This document shows positions 1 through 8,218 of a stretch of DNA of 64,000 nt, one piece after another (within the stretch, counting starts at the first letter, position 1; every line of letters starts with the position of its first letter). The DNA lies in NCBI GenBank assembly GCA_963668355.1, contig OY764265.1, positions 1,504,001 through 1,568,000 on the forward strand, in the 5' to 3' direction. The notes beneath the pieces were generated by a model. It did not search any database. It was not told the origin of the DNA and saw only the letters and a program-made list of their open reading frames with translations. The position numbers and the translations under genes are program-made. This stretch comes from Bdellovibrionota bacterium (lineage in GTDB: Bacteria; Bdellovibrionota_G; JALEGL01; DATDPG01).

Positions 1-442
1 GAGTAAAAGTTCAAAAAAAACACCACAAATGAGGCCTCATCGTCCGAAGAGGCATGGTTGGTTTAGGTGCCTATGATCGAGTGAACATACGGCTTTGCCG
101 GATGTTTGCGAGGGGGGTGTCGGGGCCAGAACCGATTTTCCTTTTGAGGTTCTGTCCATGACTAAGATAACGATGTTGGCGCGGCTAAGAGGCGAAGCGC
201 AGAAAAAGCCTGAAGAGTAAAAGTTCAAAAAAAACACCACAAATGAGGCCTCATCGTCCGAAGAGGCATGGTTGGTTTAGGTGCCTATGATCGAGTGAAC
301 ATACGGCTTTGCCGGATGTTTGCGAGGGGGGTGTCGGGGCCAGAACCGATTTTCCTTTTGAGGTTCTGTCCATGACTAAGATAACGATGTTGGCGCGGCT
401 AAGAGGCGAAGCGCAGAAAAAGCCTGAAGAGTAAAAGTTCAA
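1..442. repeat. Exact 214-bp tandem repeat (copies 1-214 and 215-428, plus 14-bp partial 429-442); runs to window edge
   Basis: GAGTAAAAGTTCAA recurs at 1, 215 and 429; the two full units read identically. Confidence 0.95.
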
Positions 443-448
443 TAAAGC

Positions 449-1546
449 GACAGACGACAGAACGCACAGTACGTACGGTTGGCTCCTCAAGGTTTGAGCT
501 CGTCGAAGGGTAAGAAACATCCCGTTACCGAGATGAACTTTCCGCTTACGTGGCTTAAGTTGAGTTTCAAAGTTTCTTTGTCGAGTCAGCTAGAAAGCCT
601 ATGGCTTACTTTCTCCCCGTTCGTCCTTTGCATTTCGTGGGACCCTCGGGTTTTCACTGCCCAACTCCCTTAACCGTCTCGCGATCGATTAAGTTCGTAC
701 TTTCACTCTTTCCTACCACCTTAGCGTATTCGCCCTTACGTGAGCCGCCCTTTGTTTTTTTCGGCTTTGTCGACGAAGTCAAGCCTAAAACAAAAAGCTC
801 CTCGCTGAGCATCTCGACCCTACAGCATATCCGGTTCTTGAGGCCCTTTTTCTGCACTTTCTCAAAGAAAGCGTCCAACATGCTTTGCCATGCACCTTGG
901 AAGTCCCGTCCTTAGGGTTTGGCTACCCTTGCGACGGCGTAAGCTCTCACGAACCTTGGAAGCCTTTTTCAGCCTCCAACACTCCTGGGCTTCTCCCTTT
1001 GAAGCCTTTCTCCGAAAACGTGATCGAAGAAATTGTTTCCAACTCTTCTTTCGCTCTTGCGCTTTTCCAACAAACCCTTTCGAGCCTGTTGCCGGCGCTC
1101 CAACGATTTGATCCCACGTTTTCAGCCGTACCCCTTAATGCACCTGAGTGTTTAATTCAGGTCGGGGCCCTTGCTCCTTTGGGACTTTGGGTCTCTTGGG
1201 CATTCCCTCAAGCCAGTATTGCCTGAAAGCGTCTCTCTTTCTTAGGCTCCCCTCTTATTCTTTTTAAGTGAAGACTGTTACCAACCTACACCCGCTCGAA
1301 TCTCAGGGTTTTCCTACTGGCCGATTGGCTTTTTCCTTCGAAAAGGACGCCAGCCCATCTGACCTTTTTCACCGACGATCGCATCCAACCTTTTTGAGCT
1401 TCCAAGGAGTTGCCGCCTATTTTTTCAGCGTGACTTTCGGGCCACAGTTACCTGTTCCTTTCAGTCATTGTTGCAATCCTTTTTAGCCCGCCTTGCGGAA
1501 GGCTGGACACCGTTTCGGTGCCGTTCGCGGCGATCTCTCGCCTGTC
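449..1546 (-). ncRNA. Putative ~1100-nt large structured non-coding RNA, class unassigned
   Basis: No credible ORF; purine-rich minus strand; 5' GACAGGCGAGAG (1546-1535) pairs with 3' CTGTCGTCTGTC (460-449); nested long-range helices; many GNRA/UUCG hairpins; upstream promoter. Confidence 0.8.
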
Positions 1547-1554
1547 AGGAATGA

Positions 1555-1583
1555 GTTTTAGTGGCAGTGTTGAATGGGGTCAA
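1555..1583 (-). promoter_or_regulatory. sigma70-like promoter for the large RNA
   Basis: TTGACC-N17-TAAAAC ending about 9 nt before the terminal stem; A/T-tract-rich upstream. Confidence 0.55.
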
Positions 1584-1861
1584 AGTTCTTTTTGCGAGAT
1601 TTTTCCGAAACTTTGAAAAGGAATGGTTTCAAAGAGTTAGAAAAACCTAGAAAAGCTTCTAGACGCCTCAAGGAAAGACACTCTTCGGAAACGTTGCTGG
1701 GGCAAGGAGAGAAGAGAACCTCAGGGTGTCTCGGACTCCAGGGTGCCATGGGTGACGATATGTATATAGTCATTGTGGCCACGGGAAATCCGCTGTGAGG
1801 ATTCCCAAAGCCTTTCTTAATGGGGACTCTGAGAAGGTTTTGAATCTCGGGTGCGAAATAT

Positions 1862-1909
1862 AAAGAAAAGGTAAAGGCCCAAGCCGCCTCCAAAAAAAGG
1901 CGGCTTGGG
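1862..1909 (-). terminator. Intrinsic terminator
   Basis: 12-bp stem CCCAAGCCGCCT/AGGCGGCTTGGG followed by U-rich tail on minus strand, after CDS 1965-2522. Confidence 0.8.
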
Positions 1910-1964
1910 TAGAAGATGGTTATTTGATCGGATTATTGTGAATGTCTTGGGAATGCCAGAAAAT

Positions 1965-2522
1965 CTAATTCACTTCGGCTCGGGAGTCGTTTCCATCCGG
2001 AAGCTTTGTCGCTCCGGGCACGTTGATGGTCAAAGAAGCCATGTGATGTTCCGAATCCGAATCGACCAAAACGAGGTGGAGAAGGCTTCCTTTTTTTCTC
2101 GTGACCTTAAGTGTTTGGAAGAATTTTCCATATTCATCGACCGCTAGGCGTTCGATTTTCGTTTGGGAGTCCCAGTCATGTCGTACATGCATTTCGAAAG
2201 CTTGGCATCGATCATCGAAAAGAATGACGGGCTCTTCCTCGGCAAGCTGTTCGGTTCGATTTAATGTAAACTCGCAATAGAGACCGGCTGACGGGGAGTT
2301 TAATTGAACTTCGACCGAAGAAAGCTTGTGGCCTAGAAAAGGAATATCCGCCGTTAAAATAACTTGAGCCGGAAAGACTTCCCCATCTACCCTGACGGTG
2401 GTTGCGGTTTGAATGACCTTATCCCTGGCCAAAGCCGCAGTGGAAAGAGTGAAAAAAAAGGCAACCAAGAGAGTCACTCCCAGGGTTGCCCGAAAACAAT
2501 AGCACGTTGCACCTTTTAGCAT
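1965..2522 (-). CDS. Hypothetical exported protein
   Basis: 185-aa ORF with signal-peptide-like hydrophobic N-terminus ending ALA; downstream terminator. Confidence 0.65.
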   Translation of the reverse strand: MLKGATCYCFRATLGVTLLVAFFFTLSTAALARDKVIQTATTVRVDGEVFPAQVILTADIPFLGHKLSSVEVQLNSPSAGLYCEFTLNRTEQLAEEEPVILFDDRCQAFEMHVRHDWDSQTKIERLAVDEYGKFFQTLKVTRKKGSLLHLVLVDSDSEHHMASLTINVPGATKLPDGNDSRAEVN

Positions 2523-2685
2523 ATGTCCCCCTACGCAAATGGTTTTTGTTCAATATCCGGGAGACGAAGATTGGGCGCAGCCCAAGTGTTGGAAGATGCC
2601 CTACCTCAATTTCCCCCTGAAGCAATAGCTGTCCTTAGAACTATCACGCAGGGCGGCGAGTCCAAAGAAAAATCTTTATACAATC

Positions 2686-3180
2686 TTAAAAAAAGTAGCG
2701 AAGGGCATCTCGACAGGAAAAGACCGCAAACTGGCCGTCTTCTCGTTTGACCGGAACATGACGATAATTCCCCATGGCCATTTTATTCAAAGCCGATCCA
2801 ATGGAATCCGTTTCACGCAGAGCCTCTGGAGATGGGCTCATGACGTTACGGACTTCCAATTGGGTCAAATTCGCATTGGGCTTGGCGACTCGATGAAGCA
2901 CATCTCTACGGGTGAGGAGTCCCACCAAGTTTCCTTGCTCCACAATCAGGGCACATCCTCGATGACGATCCCTCATTTGGCGGATGACTTCCACCATTGG
3001 GGTGTCGGGAGTGACCACAATGGCTGATCGCATTCCGGCTTGCCCGATGGGGTCGGAAATTTTTCGATCTCCACTTTCGACCATTCTCCACTTCACTTGA
3101 GTTTCAGTGAGGGAGGATCCGCATTCGTCACAAAAATCAGATCCCTCGATATTGTCATGGCCGCAAGCTGGACATTCCAT
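2686..3180 (-). CDS. Zinc-ribbon plus CBS-pair protein
   Basis: CPACG...CDECG N-terminus, two CBS repeats (GLLTRRD, YRHVPV); ATG at 3180 abuts korB stop. Confidence 0.85.
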   Translation of the reverse strand: MECPACGHDNIEGSDFCDECGSSLTETQVKWRMVESGDRKISDPIGQAGMRSAIVVTPDTPMVEVIRQMRDRHRGCALIVEQGNLVGLLTRRDVLHRVAKPNANLTQLEVRNVMSPSPEALRETDSIGSALNKMAMGNYRHVPVKREDGQFAVFSCRDALRYFF

Positions 3181-3181
3181 T

Positions 3182-4201
3182 TTATTCCACCCTCCAGGAA
3201 TCTCTTCCACCCAGAAGCTTTCCTAAATCTCCTTCGCCTTTCACTGCACGATGCTTTTCGTTTTGTTCTCGCATCATGTCGTTATAGGTAGGACGCTCCA
3301 CACTTCGAAAAACGCCTACCGGAACAGGAAATTCCGGATGCGTCATTCGCGAAAGCATAAAGGCAATGGTCGGATTGTTGAGGTTTTCTCGATGAACCAA
3401 AATATCATCCCGAGTGACACCGTTTTCACCGATGGTCACGACGGTGGGCGTTTCATTCTGAATGATGATTCCCTTTTCCTTCTCTTTTCCAAAGAGCATG
3501 GGTTTCCCATCTTCTAAAACCAGAAGGCGGTCTTCGCGGACGGCGCGATCGGAAATGTTTTTGAATGCACCGTTGTTGAAGATGTTGCAGTTTTGCAAAA
3601 TTTCAATGAAAGACACACCTTTGTGTTTGGCGGCGGCTTCGATCATTTGCGCAAGATGATCCGTGTGAACATCAATGGTCCGGGCTACGAACGTCGCTTC
3701 AGCTGCGAGGGCAACCGAAACAGATCGAACGGGGTAGTCGATGGATCCAAACGGAGTTGATTTTGTCTTCTTTCCTTTTTCGGAGGTGGGGGAATATTGC
3801 CCTTTGGTCAAACCATAAATTCGGTTGTTGAACATGAGAACATTGATGTCCACGTTTCTCCGAAGTGTGTGCATGAAATGGTTTCCACCAATGGAAAGAG
3901 CGTCACCATCTCCCGTGACGACCCAAGTCGAGAGGTCGGGTCGTGCACATTTGAGTCCAGTGGCAAGCGTCATGGCTCGACCATGGATGGAGTGAAATCC
4001 ATACGTGCTCATGTAATAGGGAAAACGACTGGAACATCCGATTCCTGAAATGAACGCATAATTTTCTCGTGGAATGCCAAGCTTAGGCAAAACTTTTTGA
4101 ACCGTAGCCAAAATGGCATAGTCACCACACCCAGGGCACCAACGAACCTCTTGGTCGCTGACAAAATCAAAACGGGTTAACTTGTTTTCTGGAGTACTCA
4201 T
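3182..4201 (-). CDS. korB: 2-oxoacid:ferredoxin oxidoreductase beta subunit
   Basis: WCPGCGD, GIGCSSR and TPP-binding GDGD...NN motifs. Confidence 0.93.
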   Translation of the reverse strand: MSTPENKLTRFDFVSDQEVRWCPGCGDYAILATVQKVLPKLGIPRENYAFISGIGCSSRFPYYMSTYGFHSIHGRAMTLATGLKCARPDLSTWVVTGDGDALSIGGNHFMHTLRRNVDINVLMFNNRIYGLTKGQYSPTSEKGKKTKSTPFGSIDYPVRSVSVALAAEATFVARTIDVHTDHLAQMIEAAAKHKGVSFIEILQNCNIFNNGAFKNISDRAVREDRLLVLEDGKPMLFGKEKEKGIIIQNETPTVVTIGENGVTRDDILVHRENLNNPTIAFMLSRMTHPEFPVPVGVFRSVERPTYNDMMREQNEKHRAVKGEGDLGKLLGGRDSWRVE

Positions 4202-6090
4202 AAAAATTTCTCAATTCCTTCCACGACTTCTCGAATCTTAAAGGGTTGTCCTTGCAGTTTGTTGATTCCTTTTACGTCGATCAGAAAACGATCTCTTAGA
4301 ATCATGCGAAGTTGCCCAAGATTGAGTTCGGGGACGACAACTTGTTCAAAGTTTTTGAAGATTTCTCCCAAGTCTTTTGGAAGTGGATTGATGTACCGAA
4401 GGTGAATCATGGAGACAGATTTTCCATCTTCCTGCACTCGTTCGACCGCTGTTTTTACGGCGCCAAACGTGCTTCCCCAACTCACAATCAGAACCTTTCC
4501 AGATTTCTTCCCGTAAATTTTCGTGGGAGGAATGTCTTGCGTGACTCTGAGGATTTTCTCTGCACGCAACTTTGACATTTTCTCGTGGTTGAGAGGGTCA
4601 TAGCTCACGGCTCCCGTAACATCTTGCTTTTCCAAGCCTCCGATTCGATGCTCCAACCCTTTTGTGCCCGGAGTGATCCAAGGGCGAGCCAGGGTTTTTT
4701 CATCTCGTTTGTAGGGGTGGAAAGATTTCGCATCCACCAAACCTTTGATCTCAAACTTCTTGAGCTCTTTGAGTTCAGGGATTCGCCATGGTTCTGCCCC
4801 ATTGGCCAAGTAACCATCCGTTAAAAGAAGAACGGGGGTCATGTATTTTGCGGCAATGCGCATGGCATCGATCATCGTGTCGAAGCAATCCGAAGGCGTG
4901 GCTGCAGCCATGACCACAACGGGGCTTTCACCGTTCCGTCCCATCATGGCTTGAAGTAAATCACCTTGCTCCGTTTTGGTGGGCATTCCCGTACTTGGTC
5001 CAGCGCGTTGGACGTTCAATACTACGAGAGGCAATTCCGTCATGACCGCCAAACCAATGGCTTCGGACTTAAGAGCCAGTCCGGGACCACTCGTTCCCGT
5101 AACAGATAGAGAGCCCCCAAAAGAAGCTCCGATGCTGGCTCCAATGGCCGCAATTTCGTCTTCCGCTTGGAAGGTTTGAATGTTGAAGTGCTTATGTCTG
5201 GCCAGTTCGTGCAAGACTTCGCTAGCAGGGGTGATGGGATAGCTTCCATAAAACAACGGTCGATTGGCCAACTGAGAAGCAGCAACCATTCCCATCGCTG
5301 TGCATTCATTTCCGGTGACTTGTCGGTAAAGTCCCGGTTTTAATTTGGCAGACCTTACCCGATAATGTGTTGAGAAGACTTCCGAGGTTTCTCCGTAAAA
5401 ATATCCGGCTTTCAGGGCACGTTTATTGGCTTCGGCCACGTGCTCAATTTTGGCGAATTTCTCGTCGATCCATTCCAATGTGGGGTCGAGGGGGCGATTG
5501 AAAAGCCAAAACATAAATCCCAGGGCGTAGAAATTTTTGCAGCGATCTTTTTCTTTTCCCGTGATGGGCAAATCCTTCAACGCTTCTTTGTTCAGCGTCG
5601 TGATTGGAATTTCCAACACGCGGTAAGCACTCAAGGAACCGTCTTCTAGAGGGTTCGTTTCATAACTTGCCTTGATCAAGTTGTGCTCTTTGAATGCGTC
5701 CCGATTCGCAATGATCATTTCTCCGAGTGGGAGATCTTTCAAGTTCACTTTTAACGCTGCGGGGTTCATCGCAACGAGTACATTCGGAACGTCTCCTGGC
5801 GTATAGATGTCGTGACTGGAAAAATTGATTTGAAAACCACTGACCCCCGGTAGCGAACCCGCAGGGGCTCGAATTTCCGCAGGATAATCTGGAAGTGTCG
5901 AAACATCATTCCCGAGATACGCAGCGGTTTGGGTGAATTGTGAACCCGTTAACTGCATACCATCGCCCGAGTCTCCTGCGAACCGAACGGTTACAGTGTC
6001 TAGCTCTTCAATTCGATGATTGGGTTTTTTCTTGGGGTTGGAAGATTCGTTTTTTTCTTCTTCTGGCTTGTTTTGCCCTTCTTTGGCCAT
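4198..6090 (-). CDS. korA: 2-oxoacid:acceptor oxidoreductase alpha subunit (gamma-alpha fusion)
   Basis: FAGDSGDGMQ, YPITPAS, QAEDEIAA, QRAGPSTG; GGAGG RBS before ATG 6090. Confidence 0.93.
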   Translation of the reverse strand: MAKEGQNKPEEEKNESSNPKKKPNHRIEELDTVTVRFAGDSGDGMQLTGSQFTQTAAYLGNDVSTLPDYPAEIRAPAGSLPGVSGFQINFSSHDIYTPGDVPNVLVAMNPAALKVNLKDLPLGEMIIANRDAFKEHNLIKASYETNPLEDGSLSAYRVLEIPITTLNKEALKDLPITGKEKDRCKNFYALGFMFWLFNRPLDPTLEWIDEKFAKIEHVAEANKRALKAGYFYGETSEVFSTHYRVRSAKLKPGLYRQVTGNECTAMGMVAASQLANRPLFYGSYPITPASEVLHELARHKHFNIQTFQAEDEIAAIGASIGASFGGSLSVTGTSGPGLALKSEAIGLAVMTELPLVVLNVQRAGPSTGMPTKTEQGDLLQAMMGRNGESPVVVMAAATPSDCFDTMIDAMRIAAKYMTPVLLLTDGYLANGAEPWRIPELKELKKFEIKGLVDAKSFHPYKRDEKTLARPWITPGTKGLEHRIGGLEKQDVTGAVSYDPLNHEKMSKLRAEKILRVTQDIPPTKIYGKKSGKVLIVSWGSTFGAVKTAVERVQEDGKSVSMIHLRYINPLPKDLGEIFKNFEQVVVPELNLGQLRMILRDRFLIDVKGINKLQGQPFKIREVVEGIEKFL

Positions 6091-6097
6091 TGGCTTT

Positions 6098-7564
6098 CTA
6101 GCCTCCTTCGGGAGTTCTATGAGTCGCATGTAGCTTAGGGGGAAGATTCATGACGTCTTCAGGAAAATGTTCGGCTAAAAGCTTGATAACATTTTTCAGG
6201 GAAAGAACGCCACGAAGAGTTCCATCTTCTTTGAAGACTGGAAGGTGTCGAAAGTCTTTTTTTCTCATGATGTACAAAGCTTTGCGAAGAGGCTCACTGT
6301 ACAGCATGGTTTCCGGTTGAATGGTTGAAAACATGGAGATGGGATTGTCCCAATCCACGTTTTCCAAAATGACACGGTCGACAACATCTCGTTCCGTAAA
6401 AATTCCCGAAACTTCATGTCCTCGCATTGTGACGACACATCCAGCTTTATACTCGTTCATTGCATCCACAACTTCACGAAGAGGCTTTTCTTCAGAGACA
6501 ACGATTCCCGGACTCAACGGAACTTGTCGAATCAAATAGTCATGAAGCAATTTGTTCATCTTGGGCGGGATCATACCCCGTTCCTGTTTAAGCGCAACGG
6601 GGTAGGTTGGAAAAGCCGCCAATAAATTTCGGGAAAAAGCCTTCCACCCGGTTCGTTCCAAAGCCGTGTTTTTGAACATTTTTGAGAAACGTTCGGAATC
6701 CAAATTTCGGCCCTCATCCACAGAAAGCCGGGTATGGGGTCTCGGTGAAAATTCGTTGAGGGATGAGATTTGAGGTTTTCGATTCCAAGGGCAGACCTCT
6801 TGGCAGATGTCGCATCCTGCAACCCAACCCTCTAAATGTTTAGCGATTCCAGAAGGGATTTCCCCAGTTCGGTTTTCAAGCGTGTGATACGAAATGCACC
6901 GATTGGCGTCCAATTGATATGGCTCTGGAAAGGCCTGGGTGGGGCAAGCCTCCAAACATCTTGTGCATGTTCCGCAGTGATTGGTCGCAGGGGAGTCGGG
7001 AGGGAGCTTTAGTGTTGTGAGCAATACGCCCAGGACATGATAAGACCCAGCTTTTCCGCTGATGGTGCACGTGTTTTTTCCGATCCATCCGATGCCTGCT
7101 CTTTCCGCGAGGTCCCTCTCCAAAATGGGCCCGGTGTCCACATAGGCTTTAAAGTTAAAGGCTTCCGAGGTGGCGGACTTCATCCAATCCGCTAACTTAT
7201 GAAGCTTCGCTTTGACGACGTCGTGGTAGTCCGTTCCCCAAGCGTACCGCGCAATCTTTGGCGTGTTTTCTTGAGGCGTTTGAGCTGGAGCGTAAGAGAA
7301 GGCCCCCACGAGGACGGACTCCACACCCTCTAAAGTAGTGGTTAAGTCACCTCTTCGTTTCATGCGGGAAGACTCGGTCAAATACCACATGTCCGCGGCA
7401 TATCCTTTTTCGATCCATTCCAAATACCGTCCATAGGTTTTGGGTGGCTCAGCAGTGGTGATGCCGAGTTGATCGAAGCCCAGAATTTGGGCTTGAGCCT
7501 TCAGTACTTTGGTCTGGATACTCAAGAAGGATCTAATGCCAGAAAATAAGCAAAGATTCAGCAT
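6098..7564 (-). CDS. queG: tRNA epoxyqueuosine reductase in frame with a C-terminal CBS-pair domain
   Basis: YAWGTDYH, VDTGPILER, GWIGKN, CGTCTRCLEACPT, GCDICQEVCPWN; about 153-aa CBS pair from Met at 6559; true start uncertain. Confidence 0.85.
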   Translation of the reverse strand: MLNLCLFSGIRSFLSIQTKVLKAQAQILGFDQLGITTAEPPKTYGRYLEWIEKGYAADMWYLTESSRMKRRGDLTTTLEGVESVLVGAFSYAPAQTPQENTPKIARYAWGTDYHDVVKAKLHKLADWMKSATSEAFNFKAYVDTGPILERDLAERAGIGWIGKNTCTISGKAGSYHVLGVLLTTLKLPPDSPATNHCGTCTRCLEACPTQAFPEPYQLDANRCISYHTLENRTGEIPSGIAKHLEGWVAGCDICQEVCPWNRKPQISSLNEFSPRPHTRLSVDEGRNLDSERFSKMFKNTALERTGWKAFSRNLLAAFPTYPVALKQERGMIPPKMNKLLHDYLIRQVPLSPGIVVSEEKPLREVVDAMNEYKAGCVVTMRGHEVSGIFTERDVVDRVILENVDWDNPISMFSTIQPETMLYSEPLRKALYIMRKKDFRHLPVFKEDGTLRGVLSLKNVIKLLAEHFPEDVMNLPPKLHATHRTPEGG

Positions 7565-7656
7565 TCCTGGAAAAAATATGCGGACAACGAAAATCAGGTT
7601 TGTAAAGAAGATCCAAAAAGCTAAATAATCTTAATAGGTTGGCCTGGGGAGGGCCT

Positions 7657-7672
7657 TGGCATTTTCTTTGCT
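7657..7672 (+). promoter_or_regulatory. sigma54 -24/-12 promoter
   Basis: TGGCAT-TTTCT-TTGCT upstream of small ORF 7688. Confidence 0.6.
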
Positions 7673-7687
7673 CTGATAAGAAAAACC

Positions 7688-7777
7688 ATGCGTGACTCAA
7701 TTCAAATCAAACTGGCTTTCATTACTTTAGCCTTGATCATTCTGGCGGTTGGAAGCGCAGCACAGACGTTCTTTTAA
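7688..7777 (+). CDS. Putative 29-aa single-TM peptide (MRDSIQIKLAFITLALIILAVGSAAQTFF)
   Basis: Hand translation; hydrophobic helix; sigma54 motif upstream; stop overlaps convergent cupin stop. Confidence 0.45.
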   Translation: MRDSIQIKLAFITLALIILAVGSAAQTFF

Positions 7778-8103
7778 GCGGCTGGCTTTTCAGGCGGGGC
7801 GGTTGTGACCAAGAGAGTCAATCTCTCTTCGGCCATATTCACCACACCGTGTTCGTTTCCGGCGGGAACCACGACGGCCGTTCCCGATCTTAATTCTCGT
7901 GTGGCTCTCCCAATTGTAAAACGCCCAATGCCTTCCAGAATGAAGTAGATTCGATCGGACTTTAAAAACTTTTGGGGTCGTTGGACTTGTCCCGGTTCCA
8001 AACAGAATAGGTCGGCCTCAATTTGTGGGCTCGAAAAAAGCTCATTTTTTTGCATTTTATCCGGAGAAAAACGCATGGCGGACCTGATATCGATGGTTTT
8101 CAA
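7774..8103 (-). CDS. Cupin domain protein
   Basis: YFILEGIGRF and VVVPAGNEHGV cupin motifs. Confidence 0.8.
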   Translation of the reverse strand: MKTIDIRSAMRFSPDKMQKNELFSSPQIEADLFCLEPGQVQRPQKFLKSDRIYFILEGIGRFTIGRATRELRSGTAVVVPAGNEHGVVNMAEERLTLLVTTAPPEKPAA

Positions 8104-8218
8104 CTTAACCTGACTCTACCAGAGAACCCGGTTTCTGACTGTCAAAAATGGATGAATTTGAGGTGGAATATTTCCTGGGTTGATTGAGGAAAGGCATCTG
8201 AGATAAATTCTCTGACCT

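Noticed and set aside
1..442. CRISPR array
   Set aside because: Units are fully identical with no unique spacers; no cas genes in window
455..490. Group II intron domain V (…ACGTACGGTT on plus)
   Set aside because: The 5' half with the AGC/CGC triad (GAGCCG…) is absent and the structure favours the minus strand
449..1546. RNase P RNA, tmRNA or rRNA fragment
   Set aside because: Diagnostic conserved sequences not found; length does not fit
1533..1548. Resemblance of CTCTCGCCTGTCAG to the tRNA-end copy CTCTCGCGCCTGTCAG at 16662-16677
   Set aside because: Short, needs a 2-nt gap and is in opposite orientation; likely chance
37..1893. Short ORFs (64-113 aa) in the repeat and large-RNA region
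   Set aside because: No recognisable motifs or RBS, mutually overlapping, composition reflects RNA strand bias
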